Assembly: GCA_038087875.1 (NCBI GenBank)
Contig: CM075992.1
Span: 932,001-992,000, forward strand
From: Malacoraja senta
Taxonomy: Eukaryota
Direction of reading: 5' to 3'
Length of the DNA stretch: 60,000 nt
Shown one piece after another: positions 37,401-52,446 of the stretch (its first letter is position 1; each line of letters starts with the position of its first letter). The notes beneath the pieces were generated by a model. That model was not told the DNA's origin. It worked only from the letters and a program-made list of their open reading frames with translations, and did no database searches. A program made the translations under genes and the position numbers.

Positions 37401-38631
37401 ATCAAGCAGTCAGCATTTACTATTTGACACTCCCTTAATCAATAATGCAACATAATTCCTGCAGGTCAGCTAGTCCAGATACCCTGTAATTTTCAGTGAC
37501 CCTGTACCCAGTGCTCCAGCCAAAAGCACATTAAGGCTTACATGAGCAGCAGAAACCTTTGCTGCGGCTACTTCATAAGCCTCTCTCACCACTGTACTGT
37601 ATAATTAATAAAGCATTTAGAAAATCTATCTGGGCTGAGAAAGAATATCAGGCCACTTGGCTACAGTACCAGGAGGTTGAGCAATGTAACATTAACAATA
37701 CTGCAAAATATTTATGCTAGCCCATCACACTTTCTTCTTAAAAAAAAGTCCGAAGAGGGGTCTCGACCCGAAACGTCACCTATTCCTTTTCTCCAGAGAT
37801 GCTGCCTGACCTGCTGTTACTCCAGCACTTTGTGTCTATCTTTAGTGTAAACCAGCATCTGCAGTTCCTTCTTACACATTTGTTTGATTACCTTTAAAAT
37901 CGACCATTCCATGTATCTAGGTTCATATTCGCCATCAATCTGGATTGCTAATAGCTACAGAACCTGGCCACGGGGTACTTTTCTGAAACGACTGTTTCCA
38001 ATGCTCTAACTACAATATTATAACCATGGACACACTTCAAACAATAACTAGAGAATACCATTTATTGCCACATGGGTCCCTCTTACTTCCCACTCACTAT
38101 TTCTTGCTGACATTTTTCAATAGTTACTTTAGTCACCTTGTTGACTTTTTTCCTAATTCAACTACTCTAGTTTATCTTAAAATATTTCTGCTCAAGGTAT
38201 TTTCCAACCTGCTTATTAACTCACCCATACCCTATATCCTGCTGTGTTTCTCCAACAAAGTCTACTATTCTTATCCTCTGTAATAGGCTTAACTGTGTTA
38301 TTTTCTATTTCCATCTCATTTCCAAGTTTTTCTTAATACTCTTAGCTCTTTGTTGTTAATGGGTTGACAGCATATTAAGTCAGAAATAACTTGTATCTGA
38401 AAATAACTTTTACATTTACATTTTCTGATGTCATGCCCAGCTTATTAGAGTCACAGAGTCGTACAGCACGGATATGGGCCCTTAGGCCCAACTTGTCTAT
38501 GCCGATCAAAATGCCCCATCTTATCTAGTCCCATTTGCCCGCGTTTGGCCCATATTCCTCTAAACCTTTACAGGAAGTACCCAAGCACTTTGCAACCAAT
38601 GAAATACTGTAGTTTGGAAGTATGGTTCTAG

Positions 38632-39305
38632 CGAGGCAGTGAAGAAAGTGAATGGTATGTTGGCCTTCATAGCAAGAGGATTTGAGTATAGGAGCAGGGA
38701 GGTTCTACTGCAGTTGTACAGGGTCTTGGTGAGACCACACCTGGAGTATTGCGTACAGTTTTGGTCTCCAAATCTGAGGAAGGACATTATAGCCATAGAG
38801 GGAGTGCAGAGAAGGTTCACCAGACTGATTCCTGGGATGTCAGGACTTTCATATGAAGAAAGACTGGATAGACTTGGCTTATACTCGCTAGAATTTAGGA
38901 GATTGAGAGGGGATCTTATAGAAACGTACAAAATTCTTATGGGGTTGGACAGGGTGGATGCAGGAAGATTGTTCCCGATGTTGGGGAAGTCCAGGACAAG
39001 GGGTCACAGCTTAAGGATAAGGGGGAAATCCTTTAAGACCGAGATGAGGAAAAACTTTTTCACACAGAGAGTGGTGAATCTCTGGAACTCTCTGCCACAG
39101 AGGGTAGTTGAGGCCAGTTCATTGGCTATATTTAAGAGGGAGTTAGATGTGGCCCTTGTGGCTAAAGGGATCAGGGGGTATGGAGAGAAGGCAGGTACGG
39201 GATACTGAGTTGGATGATCAGCCATGATCATATTGAATGGCGGTGCAGGCTCGAAGGGCCGAATGGCCTACTCCTGCACCTATTTTCTATTCTATGTATC
39301 TATGG
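38632..39305 (+). mobile_element. CR1-like LINE 3' fragment, same young subfamily
   Basis: ORF 38639-39208 nearly identical to ORF 28372-29142. Confidence 0.95.
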
Positions 39306-40949
39306 TAACTTTTGTAAGAAAAACAAAAAGTTGTATCGAAAAAACAAACTAATTTGCCAATTCATCCACTTCCATTGTGTGGATTAAAAAGATTTACAAG
39401 GATGTGGGGATGTGGCCAGGACCTCAGGGTCTGAGCTCGGGAGATGTTGGGCAGGTGGTTACTACAACAACATTTAAAAGACATTTGGACAGGTACATGA
39501 ATAAGAAAGGTTTAGAGGGATATGGGCCAAACGTGGGCAAATGGGAAGAGATAAGATGGAGCACTTTGGTCGGCATAGACAAGTTGGGCCGAAGGGCCTA
39601 TATCCCTGACTGTGACTCTAATAAACTGGGCATGACATGATATCAGAAATTTGAAATGTATGATGAAATCATTTACACCTGCCTGAGATACAGTACACGT
39701 GAAGCCTTGTCCCATTTCAAGGACCACGTACACTCAAGCGCAGATACAATAGACTGTTTTTTTGCTCAAGATTCCTGCATCTGCAAAGTGCTGGAGGAAC
39801 TCAGCTGGTCAAGCAACACCTGTGGAGTGAAAAGGACAGTCAGAGTATCAGGGCAGAACTTTCTTCAGTCTGTCCTTTTCCCTCCACAGATGATGCCTGG
39901 TCTGCTGAACACCTCCAGAAAATTGTTGTTTATATTACATTGGACTATTTTGTTGCATCATTTTCATGTCTCAGTCTAGTAAGTGTACGTAAAGCTTGGA
40001 ATCCTGATAAAGTGACTGGAGTCAAGTCCTGCAAGTGAGGGAAGCTAACATCAATGCTTCTAACAAATGCTGGTGGATTAGCAAAGATGCATTGGGCATC
40101 TCCATTTGATCTTCTGAACAATGGATTCATTCAAATGGATCAACCATATTGAACTGCCACTGGCCATCAGGTCAACAATGTCTCATGGTGCTATAGGTTT
40201 GCAGAATTGAGACCCAGTGAGGCCAAATAGCAAATCAGATACTATGTACATTTAAAGAGTATTTGTAGGTGGTTTCCATGTGCCTGATATCTTTGACCTT
40301 GCTGGTAATTACTGCTGATTGAGGAGTGGTTGGTGAAGTCTGGATGAATTGCTGGATGGCAAATATTGTAGCCATCACTGGCAGATTGACTTGACTGAAT
40401 GCTTATGAAATCATATTATGGCATGTTAGGAGTTATGGGTGGGGTTTCATCAAGCAGTATTAGTTGTTGTTGCGTTTCTGAGTGCTGTCATACCTGTATT
40501 AATCCAGGCACGGGCAGTGTGTTCCATCCTATATCTGACTTGAGTCATAGAGAGTGACACAGTGTGGAAACAGGCCCTTTGGCCCAACTTGCCCATACCG
40601 ACCAACATGTCCCAGCTACACTCGTCCCACCTGCCCGTGTTTGTTCCATATCCCTCCAACCATGGACCTGTCTAACTGTTTTGAAGATCTCAGGTGATGA
40701 TTCACTTGCAACATGCTACTGAGCTTCTCTTTTGCTTTTGTAACTAGGTATTTGTGGCTTGTTCTGTTACGTTTCTGATCAGAGTTTTTCCCCAGCCCCA
40801 GACAGTTGATGCTGGGCTGCAGTATTGCTTTGAATGTCAAGGATAGATAGGTTCTTGTTGGAGATGGTCATTAACTGGTGCTTACCAGTCCATACTTGAT
40901 CATTGTCCAGGCTTAACTGCACTCGGGTACAGTAATTTCATTTTAAAAA

Positions 40950-41170
40950 TAGACACAAAGTGCTGGAGTAACTCAGCGGGTCAGGCAGCATCTCTGGAGA
41001 ACATGGATAAGTGACATTTCAGGTCAGGTCTCTTCGTCAGACAACTTTCAGTCCAAAGAAGAGTCCCGACCCAAAATGTCATCGATACATATTCCCCAGG
41101 AATGCTGCCTGACCCGCTGAGTTACTCCAGCATTTTGTCATTGTTTTGAAAACCACCATCTGCAGTTCAT
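40950..41170. repeat. Inverted pair of Penelope-derived pseudo-LTR modules
   Basis: tgctggagtaactcagcgggtcaggcagcat ... atgctgcctgacccgctgagttactccagca. Similar arrangements at about 28040-28255, 29950-30190 and 33985-34480. Confidence 0.8.
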
Positions 41171-43999
41171 TGTTTATACAGCTATTTCATTACCCGAGTT
41201 GCGAATGGGTAAAAACTGGTGAAAGACCTGTTTGGAACCTGTCACTAAGAATGACTAATATCTGGAGTAGACAGATCTTGTAGAAAAGGCAAAATGAGTC
41301 ATTTACAAAGGATTGGGCAGTGTAAGACAAGGGACTAAATCTCTATTATTAACTTCCTTCATTATGGATTTGGCTTATTATGGCATGATTAAGGAGCTTG
41401 GCCTAGAAATTAGTTCAAACCACTCTGGTCAGTGTGGGGTACCAGTGCATGCCAACATCGTGCATAATTTGTCAGTTCAGTATAGAGAAATATTAAGCAT
41501 TTTTCTGGGTTTTTCAATAAAATGTCTCTAATTTTGAATTGGATTATTCTTCTCCTTAACAAATGTATTTTCTTCCCTTTGGAAAGGGGCAAAATTCCTC
41601 TACATTGAGATTTAAATCCCATGGTTTTTACTCACAGAACAACTTGCCTTTGCAGCTGCTTAAACCCTCAAAACTGTGCTATTCAAAGGGACAACACCCA
41701 AACCGCTTTCTACAAACTGCAACTACGAACATCATTTCTTGGGTGCATTAACTGCTTTGCCTATGGGAGCCACAGGTTATGGTCATGCTAGAACTCAGTC
41801 TCCCAGCCTGGGATTCATTCCAGTCTGTTGGTGATCTATGCCTCATCTCTGTTTGTTGCTCACTGCTATATTAATGAGCTCACCCGAATACAACTTGACG
41901 GGGAGAAGCTGTCCACCCATTTTCTCCTTCAGCCAGGAGCAGGTAGAGGAGGCAGGGGCTTTGCTGGCTTCCCCAATGTACAGGCATTTGCGAGTGTGAG
42001 GGCTTTACGATACGATAGAACTTTATTTATCCCAGGAGGGAAATTGATCTGCCAACAGTCATGAAAAACACAAGATACATGAAACATGAAATTAAAGTGA
42101 CGAGTGGAAAGGATTGAGGAGGTGCAACGATTTGGGGGGGGGGGGGGGGGAGGATTCGGTTAGTTAATCTAGTGAGATAGGATTCTGAAGAATTTGCCAA
42201 GGCTGGAGAATTAAGGTCGGGGTGGGGAGAAGGAGAAACCTGGCACAACTGCTGTTGCTTTGGAAGAGCGGAGTCAGAGGATTTATTTAATTAAGTGTAT
42301 AAATTGAGACCTGAATAGTGTGAACAGGAAGGACTAGTTTTTTATGGCATAGGAATTCATGATTAGCATAAAAGTTTAAAGGGGGCATCTGGAATTCACA
42401 GATTGAATTGGAAACCCTTATAGCATTTAAAGTACCCAGAAGAACAGTTGGAACATTGAACAGGAACTTGCCCGCCAGCTCATAATGTCTGTGCCAAACA
42501 TGCTGCAAAGTTAAACTGATCTCATGTACCTGTACATGATCCATATCCCTCCATTCCTTGCACTTTCATATGCCTATCTAAAAGCCTCTGAAAAGTCACT
42601 CTTGTATCTGCATCCACCAGTATCTGATGTATTCTAATCTACAAAGCTATAAACTTAGGGATGAGGCTCAAACACTCAAATGGCAGCTTCTCGGGCTACG
42701 AAATGTCAATACTTTTATGATTGCTCCAGACCAGTCCCAGGAATAGAATTCATTCAGAGATTTCATCCTTCAATTATGAAGCTTCTTTAAATACTTTACT
42801 GATTCAGGTAACGACCCTGAGGCAATCTATAACTTGTTTTTTTTTAAAGAGGAATGGCGAACATTCCTCTCTCAACCAACACCTTCTGTGCAATGATGAC
42901 TCATTTTGTTCCGTTTATAGAAATACCACAATTGCAACAGCATTCTGCAATTGAAGTATTTGCTTAAGACAATTGAATATTTTAATATGCCTTATTAGAT
43001 ACGAGTTTCATTACACACAAAGTGAAGACTTTCCAGTTGGCGAGAAGATGGGTGTAACATATGACATATGGATGGTGAATAATTTATCAATTTCCCATGT
43101 AATATCACATTTTCACGAGTTTACAGGTTACAGTTCATTGAACTGAAATCAGGTCCTAATGATGCATTTGGACACTAGTTTTAAATGCCATTGGTGTGTT
43201 CCATTCATTAATTAACACAAGCTCAAGGAGCCATTTTGCGTGACAAAAAAAATACAGCACTGGAACAGGCCATTTGGCTCACAACGTTCAGGCCAAACAA
43301 CAAGATGCCGTTAAACTAAACTCTGCCTGTATGTGTAGCATGTTTGAAAAAGCTTCTGGTAAGATTTGTAGTAGTGTTTAGTTAATTTGTTGATGACACT
43401 CAAATTGATGGTATGGTGAAGTCAAGAAGGTTATCTAAGAATACTACAGGATCTTGATCAATTGGGTCGATGGGAAGAGGAATGGCCGATGGAGATTAAT
43501 TCAGATAAATGCGAGGTTTATAATGTCATAGGGTCACATAGTGTGGAAACTCACCCTTCGGCCCAAGCCACCCATGCCGACCAAGATACCCACCTATGCT
43601 ACTTGTGCAATGATACTCCATTATTCCGTAACCCTTTACTCCATTGTAGCAGACAATCGTCAATAATGGACACCATCACCCACCCGCCCTATGGTTCGCT
43701 ATGACAAGGGTTTACTGTACAGGTTAGAGGTTTACCTTTTAGTTCCCTTCATTTCTTCAGTAATCTTTCTTTATTAATATTTATTATTTTTAATTTTCTG
43801 ATCCTCATTAAACATCTGGCTTATCACAATTCCCAGTATATTTCTTAGCATCTACGACTGTGAAGATATGAGCAAAGTATTTGTTTTATAGCTTGCCCAG
43901 AATTCGAACTCCTATTGTTTAGTGATTAGCAATGTTCCAATAACCTCCACATTTAGTCAAAGCATCCTCATCACATTGTGTTAATAGTCCACAGTGATA

Positions 44000-44560
44000 G
44001 AACATAGACATAGGATAGTACAGCACAGGAACTTTGGCCCACAATGCTTGTGCCAAACATGATGGCAAGTTAAACTGATCTCATCTGCCTGTACATGATC
44101 CATAACCCTTATTTCCTGCACTTACATATACCTATCTGAAAGCTTCTTAAAAGCCACCGCATCCACCACCACCTCTGGCAAAGCATTCCAGGCCTCCACT
44201 ACTCTCTGTGTAAAAGAATTTGCCCCACACATATCCATTAAACCCCTTCTCATCTTATAGCTCATCTCACCTCTAGTGTTGAACATTTCCACCCTGGGAA
44301 AAGGGTTCTGACTGTCTATCCTATCTAAGTCTCCCATAATTGTATAAACTTCTATCAAATCTACCCTCAACCTCCAATGTTCCAGTTGCAACCTCTAAGT
44401 CTATCCAACCTTGTAGCTGAAATCCTCTAATCCAGGCAATATTCAGGTAAACCTCATCAGCACCAAAGCCTCCATATCTTTCCAGTAATGGGAGACCAGA
44501 CCTGTGCGCAATACGCCAAATGCAGCCCCAACCAAACACTAAAGTCCTATAGAGCTGCAT
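44000..44560 (-). mobile_element. Old CR1-like fragment
   Basis: LEHWRLRVDLIEVY...FTQRVVEAWNALPEVVV remnant. Confidence 0.75.
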
Positions 44561-45889
44561 ATAGCGATTACCAATTAATAATCTCTCTTTTCACCGTGTT
44601 GGGAGGAATTTGATATTTCCCTTTGCTAAATAATTTTTTGTTGCTCAATCACAGGGCAGTACCTGTATTAGTCACACTGATTCTGTAGCATTTTCCTGTT
44701 TCACATGCTGAGCTGAAACAATGAAACACCACCTCCCCTATTCATGGAAACAATGAGCAGGGCAATCATATCAGTATTTAAGGGAACGGCTTTTTGGATT
44801 GTAAACATGAGTATACAATTTTATACAACGCCCAGCAACAAGTAGTTGAGTGGCTTATTAGTCTGTTTTATGCTTCAGTGGAAAATATAAATATTAAACA
44901 TTCCCATTAATATCAATGAATTATGTATAGGTCTGCCGGCATTTTTCATCCACTTCCTTACAGCATAGCCCCTCTGCCAATAGTACATAAAGTATACATG
45001 CAATTTTAAAAAAAATACTTAAAAGGAAATTTGTAGTTTACTGAACTTCAGTGAGTGTGATCTACTTATTGATATGCATCTCACTGTTGCAAAACAAAGA
45101 TCCTCAAAAAGATTTCACCAATATTTAGCACATATCATCAAAGCAATTCTATACATTGCCATTGATTATGCACATTGTGCATTGATGGTTATGGTAGGAT
45201 TTTGTAAACTAGCTACCCTGGTATTTCTGAAACCAATGGTAACTGCCAAACAATGACACACAGGTTACTTCTAAAGCTAAAACACTCAATGTCCATGAAC
45301 ATTTGTTGTAATTATTACATGGTCTATGATCTGCAGCGTGGACTTTGATCCTTATTGCAATGCTATTGCGGTCTAAATGCATTAGTGATGCAGCAAGTTT
45401 ATTGAAGAGTGTATAGGTGTATATCTGAATGACAATAAAGTTTTCATTCATTCATCACGTTGCTGATGAGATAAATACTGCGTTATTTGCAAATACTGGA
45501 ACAAGGGGGCACCTCAGTAAACGTGAAGTCTAGAGTCAGCCTGTATTCAGCTGCTGATCTGATCTGCATGCACTTTGAGACAACTGTTTTTATGCTCCCA
45601 ATGGGAACTCAGGTTCTGGGAGTATTTTCTATGCGAATGATGTCTGATATGGTTAAATCTGATGGATATTTCAAGAACCTAGTCGTATTCTGTAGCAAAG
45701 TATGACATCTAACCTACATTCTTTTTTTTCACGGCAAATATGTGCAGATGCTGTAAATTAGAAATAATAAATGCATACTGGTGGCTATAATACCCAGCAG
45801 TCAGGCAGCATTATTGGAGGGAGAAACCGCTCTAATGTTTATTAGCTGATGACTCATTATTATCGCAATTGGGAAACCAAGATGTCTGT

Positions 45890-46960
45890 CCAAGCCAGTC
45901 CCATTTGGCTACATTTGACCCAAATCCCTCTATTCATGTACCTGTACAATGTCTTTTAAACATTGTAATTGTACCAACATGTGAAGCTTCTTCAAGCAGC
46001 TAGTTCCATGTACCCACCACTCTCAGTTTTAAAATTCTGCTCCTCAGATCCATTTAAAATTTCCCCTCTTAACATAACTCCATTCCCTCTAGTTGCACAC
46101 TCCCTTCAAGTTCAAGTGAGTTTATTGTCATGTGTCCCTGATAGGACAATGAAATTCTTTTTTCCCTTACATTGGGGAAAAGGCCATGACCATCAGCTTA
46201 TTTTTACATACCTCTGTAAGGTCACCTCTCAGCCTCCTATGCTCTCGGTAAAAAATCCCAGCCTATCCATGTTTTCCTTATAACTCAAATCCCCCAGTCA
46301 CAGTAACTTCCTCTAGCTTACTGACGTTCTTCTTATAGCTGAGTGATAAGACTGAGCACAATGTGGTTTCACAAGTGTGGTTTCACCAATGACTGTACAC
46401 TTAGTGTAACATCCCAACCCCCTGTACTCACTGCTCTGACCGATGAAGGCAAATGGGGCAAATAGCCTCTTCATTTATCTGTGTCAATGCATCCAGGGAA
46501 TTAATGTACCTGTACTCCTAGATCTCTCTGTCCTACAACATTTTCCAGGGACTTGACTGTGCAAGTCTTGCCGTGGTTTAGCTTGCCAAAATGCAACACC
46601 TCACATTTGTTAAAGTTAAATTCTATCTGCCACATTTAATCTAGATCATGTTGTAATCTTAGATAACCTTTGTGAGTGTCCACTTAGATAACTTTCTTCA
46701 GTGTCTACTGACATCAAATGTTGATGTAATGGGGAAACTTACAAACCACATTAACAATATTGTCCATATCGTTAATATAGATGACAAACAACAGTGGCCC
46801 CAGCACCAACACCTATACTACTCCATAGGTCATAGGTCTCCAATGTTAATAACAACCCTCCACTACCAACCCTTGTCTCCTTCTACCAAGACAATTTTAT
46901 ACCCAGTTGGCTATTTCATCTTCAATCTCCTGAGATTTACCCTAGCAGAATACACTCCAT
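45890..46960 (-). mobile_element. Old degenerate CR1-like fragment
   Basis: Reverse-complement remnants of RDLGV (ctcctagatctctctg), KCEVLHF (aaaatgcaacacctcacatttg) and GSVLGP (gtggccccagcaccaac). Confidence 0.65.
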
Positions 46961-48564
46961 AAAGTACATGTTATGTACTACAGAGTGCTGCACTCTGAGA
47001 TTCAGTCTTTAGACGAGATATTAAGCTTTGTCATGTGTTCTCTCAAGAATACATAAAATATATAGACATGCTTGAGGAGCAAGGGAGGTTCATGCGTGGT
47101 GTTCCCTGCTAATAATTACTCCGCATTCAAAATCACAAGGAAGATTTTTGTCACATACATCATTGCTGTGCATAAATTGACTGCCAAATGTCCCTGTAAT
47201 ACAACTGGACTCTTTGGCAGTCACGAAAGCTCAATGTAAATGCAAGTCAGTGATGCTGTCATATCCTAATAGCAACCAACCTCAGAGAAACTGACTACAA
47301 TTGGAAAAACATTGTGAATAACCAAGTAGGAAGCACTTATCTTTTCCCCCTCAACACATAGGCAAAATAGAACATCCAAGTTCAAATGCCCTGCACGGGA
47401 GGTATCCCAGTGGCTGAGTTTGTGGAGAGGTGCTCTCCACCAATAAGCAAATGGATTTGCACCATAGTCTTTGATCTGGATGTGGAGAGGATATTTCCAG
47501 TAATGGGAACAGAGGACACAGTCACAGAATAAAAGGAATACAAGGATTGCCACAGATGGCTGTGGTGGCCAAGACATTGGGTATTTTTAAAGCAGAGATG
47601 GATGGGATCTTAATTAGTTTAGTTTATTGTCATGTGTAACGAGGTACAGTGAAAATCTTTTTTTGTTGTTGTATGCTACCGAGCCAGGGGAAAGACTATA
47701 CATTATTACAATCGAGCTGCCCACAGTGTACCGATACAGGATAAAATGAGTAATGTTCTGTGCAAGATAAAGTCCAGTCAAGTTTAATTAAAGATAGTCC
47801 AAGGGTCTCCAATGAGGTAGATGGCAACTCAGGACCACTATCTTTGGTGATAGTCTGAAGAAGGGTCTCAACCCAAAACGTCACCCATTCCTTCTTTCCA
47901 GAGATGCTGCCTGTCCCGCTGAGTTACTCCAGCATTTCGTGTCTACCTTCGATTTAAACCAGCATCTGCAGTTCTTTCCTATACATCGTTGGCGATAGCA
48001 TGGTTCAGTTGCCTGACAACAGCTGGGAAGAAACTATCCCTGAATCTGGAGGTATGCCTCATAGGTTACGGGGAAATGGCAGGAGAATTGGTTTGAAAGG
48101 GAAAAATCGATCAGCCACGATCAAATGGCCTAATTCTGCTCCTATAACTTATGGTCTTATAGATAGATGAATGGAAGTTCTATTCCAGTACACTTCTGGA
48201 AGCAGAGGGCGGCTCCTCGAATCCCAAAGCTGTAACTATTGCAAACTGTATGAAATGGACAGCAATGTGGCCACCTTTTCTGGATATTGATTTCTCTGTG
48301 GAAAGAGCCTTCTATGTTCTGCCAGGAGGAAGTAATTCCCAGAGAGTGAAAGCAGTAGCCATAGGATGTCAGAAGAAATGAGAATCAGATTTAGTGTGAA
48401 GTATCAAATATAGATTTTGCCTCCATTCCCTACTTCAATCTGAATTCAAACAGGAAATGCATTACTCCAATTTAATTTGCTTAGCGTGTACCTGTGAATA
48501 TCTGGATTATTGTGGTACATGACCTACCTATGTTAAGCTCTCTTGAAATAGATCTGTGACTTAC

Positions 48565-48626
48565 CTGTGATGGGGACTCCCATTTCTGTAAGAATTCCTC
48601 TCTTGCTTTCTCTAAGTAATCTTTCA
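48565..48626 (-). CDS. PRKACA: PKA catalytic subunit exon 2 (VKDYLEKAREEFLQKWESPSQ)
   Basis: A-helix; acceptor ttttattgcAG, donor CAG|GTAAGT; 62 nt, phase-1 start as in vertebrate PRKAC genes. Confidence 0.93.
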
Positions 48627-49104
48627 CTGCAATAAAAGAACAAAAATATTTCACTTTGTTCAAATGTCATAATTGCACAGCTGCTGGCCTTCAGGATCAA
48701 TAATTTAAGAGCAGATTCTAATAAATCAGATTGATAATTACAAGGAATTGGCAGAATATGTTTTTGTTAAGAACCCACATATAGTCTTAGTCCCAGATTG
48801 AATTAATGTGGCTCTGGCAAAGAATGACTTAAAACAACCAAATACAGATCACTGTTGGTGAACCATAAGAAAAGTGGCAGACTATGGTAGTAATTCAATG
48901 CACTGACCGAGTAGTTATATTTCCCCAAGTAAATTGCACCAATGGATTAAAGCAACAGCTTGGAATATGAATAATTATCTTCACCCTTTGTGCTATTCTG
49001 GAACAGATCAAACTACAGAAGCACTCATACCCCCTGGTTGAACATGGTTGCACATGCAACAGCTTTGGCACCAATTTGAAGGGTCCTGCCATCATGATAT
49101 TTAA

Positions 49105-49497
49105 AGTTTGGAGATACTGTATGGAAACAGGCCCATCAGCCCACCGAGTCCACATCGACCATCGATCACCCATTCACATTAGTTCTATGATAAATAGACA
49201 CAAAGTGCTGGAGTAACTCAGCGGCTCAGGCAGCATCCCTGGAGAAAAAGGATGGGTGACATTTCGGGTCGGAACCCTTCTTCACACTGGTTCTATGTTA
49301 GACATTAGAGGGAATTTACAGAGTCCAATTGATCCATAAACATGCAGACCTTTGGGATGTGGGAGGAAACCAGATCACCCAGAGGACACCCATGTGGTCA
49401 CAGGGAGAATGTGTAAAGTCCGTACAGACAGCACCCAAGGTCAGGATCAAACCTGGGTCTCTGATGTTGTGAGGCAGCAGCTCTGGTAGCTGCGCCA
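49105..49497 (-). mobile_element. V-SINE/HE1-like SINE interrupted by a PLE-derived insert at about 49193-49288
   Basis: Reverse-complement SINE head and tail with an inserted tgctggagtaactcagc module. Confidence 0.75.
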
Positions 49498-49749
49498 TTG
49501 AGCGGGGACATTCTGGGAGCTGGCTTCTCCTTTAATTGCCTATTACCATTCATGGCTTGATCTGGAAGTATTGCAGGGCTTTGATCTGATCTGTTGGGTG
49601 TGGGATTCCTTGGCTCTAGCTTTTGAATGACACTTATCACAAATATGATCTTTTGTTGCAGCTACACCAATATCATAGTTGAGACCTAGTTAAGTGCTGG
49701 ATCGTGTGAACTAGTTGTGAAGAAGTGTCTCCAATTATTCTTACCAATT

Positions 49750-50240
49750 ACTACAGATGCACCATAGAAAGCTCGGTGTGGTAAACTGCTTTGCCCAAGA
49801 TGGCAAGAAATTGCAGAGTTTGGTGAACTCTGCCCAGACCATAAACCAAGCCAGTACTCTTTCCATCAACTCCATCTATGTTTCACGTTACCTTGGGAAA
49901 GCAGACAACATAATCAAGGACCACTCACACCCAGAGGTCATTCTCTTTTCTCCCTTCTCCTGTTGGGCAAAATATTACAAAAGCTTGAAAGCATGTACCA
50001 ACCAACAGCTTCAAGTAGAGCCTCTTCCCCACTGTAATCACACTCCAATGAACCACTCAGATGCCAAGGATGAATTCCTGATCTTCCAATCTACCTTGTA
50101 GTGACTTTTGCATTTGTTTTTATTTGCACTTCTGTGTGGTTGCAATCCTAAACACTCTGTTTATCTTCTCTTTTTTGCCTGGACAGCGTGCAAAACGTGT
50201 ATCTCAGTGCTCTTTAACCATAATAAACCAATATCAAAAC
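49750..50240 (+). mobile_element. Degenerate LINE 3' fragment, probably Rex1/Babar-like
   Basis: Remnant resembling 'KKLQSLVNSAQTI...KADNIIKDHSHP'. Confidence 0.5.
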
Positions 50241-52446
50241 CAATACCAAACTACCTGCCTAATCTTGGATAATATGTGCAAATATTCTCATATTCAGACC
50301 AGGTTATATCTCCAATGCTCATTGCTCCATACTTAAGCTGATAATATTTTTATTCCCAAATCAGATGGTGATTAGTTCAAGCCCTGTTAATTTTTTAACC
50401 TAGATGGTACAATAGTGAGACGTTGTTGCTTTGTCAGATACCTTGATGAGATTACTTTTCCAAACCTCTGACTTAGTTGCTAATAAAACCCATAGTCAAA
50501 TATTTAAATGTTGGTGAGTAGGGAACACACTGAGCTGTCAAGAAAGCAGGCACAAAATTGAAAATATACAATCAAGGCATCCAGCAGGATCTATCAATGA
50601 CGACTTATTTATTTCCACCATAAGCTTTTATTGAATTTGAAAACTGAAATTCTCAACATCCAAACCTTTAGGAGATACCACTACTTAGACATTGTTACTG
50701 CCAAAGGAATTAACAAGGAGGATGCTGTTTTGTCTAGCACTAGAGACTTGCATGAGGGACTTGTGTATCAGTACAAAGGGTCAGCCATTGGGAATTGGTT
50801 GAAAATAGTTTTTAATGCCAAAGTTATAAGTATTTGAGATTCCCTACTCTAGGACAGTTGATGTCTGTTGATTCTCAGTAATCGAGGAATTGGCTGGTAT
50901 TGGACAGAAAGGGAGTCAGATGATCAGGGGGTGTGGCACCAATGTGGACTTTAGGCACAAGATCATTAATGATTTTATGCATGCAAGAAAGAAGATTCAT
51001 GAGCATTAAATCCCACACTTACTTCAATCCTTTATTTAATGTTGTCCTCCACCCAATAGTTAGTGTAAACTTTCTTCCAAGAGCCACAGGTATTGCTAGA
51101 TTAGAGCCACATCAGGTTTGGTAAAACAACAATCACTTCTTCAATAACACGCATCATAGAATAGAATGAATAACCGTCATTTGTATAGCACCTTTAAAGT
51201 ATGAAGTATGTAGAAACACACAAATAATCACATCTCCCTCCACTGCTACAGAGCTAAGATGCCTGAGGAGTGGGATTGAATATGCAGGCTAGGAAGAGAA
51301 AGGGATTGTTTATTTCCTCTATTGCAGATGGTCTTCTAAAGCTGCAGCTTTTGAGCAGTGTGCAATGTGTATTCAGTAAAGCAGCAGGGGTCACAGTGAC
51401 AACTATGGCAAATCACTAGAGAGGTCATTGCACATCTAAAATTAGAACACTTGAACTGAAATGCATCCAAAAGCTTTGACTCAGTAAACAGTTCCCAGCA
51501 CACAGTGACAGAAGACATTAAAAGTCCACAGATCTCACAACACCCACTCGGGAATTAACACAAACCTGGGAAAGCAGCCAGCACAATGATTGCAAGCAGC
51601 ATTGTGTTAATTAAATAGGCCAGTCATGTACTTTCAAGGAAAACCAAGTGCATCGCACATTTTCAGGGTAAGCTGATATTTGGGTACAAAGAAAATATTC
51701 CCATTCTACTTCCCAGAAATACACCTTGCTTCAGAGTATTGAAGTCAGAACTATCCAAGGAAGCAAGTCCCTCAAATCAGGTAGTGATGCTGGGGCTTAC
51801 ATTGTGCACAATATTTCCAATTACCTAACAGATTTCATATGTTGAAAGTCTTTGGCAACATAAAAAGGGCAACACTTATGGGTGGGCAGAATGGGATAGG
51901 AACCAAAAGGGAGAGAAATCCAAAGAGGGTGGATGATTTTGTAAGATGAAGGGATCTGGGTAGATAGTTTTAGCTGAATGGGTGAGCACAAATGATACAG
52001 AAGAGGAGTGAGAGAAGTAAAGAATTGGTGGGAGAGAGCAGACCTGATTCGTAGACCACGAGTTGAACAATTTGAGGGGAAATCTCATTGAAACCTACGT
52101 ATAATGAAAGGCCTAGAAAGGACGGACGTGGAAAGGATGTTTCCCATCATGGAAAAGTCTAGAACTAGAGGGCACAGCCACAGAATAAAAGGATGTCCCT
52201 TGAAAATGGAGATGAAAAGGAATTTCTTTAGCCAGAATGTGGTGAAGCCGTGGAATTCATTGCCACAGACGGCAGTGTCATCCATGAACTATCTTTCACT
52301 CCAGTTCACTCAAGGTGATTGTCATACTTTTTGATTGAAAGCTATGGCATGGAAAACAAGCCCTGTGGCTCACAGAGACCGTGCTGACCATCGATTGCCT
52401 GTTCACAGCAGTTCTATGTTAGCTCACTTTCACACACACTCCCTAC

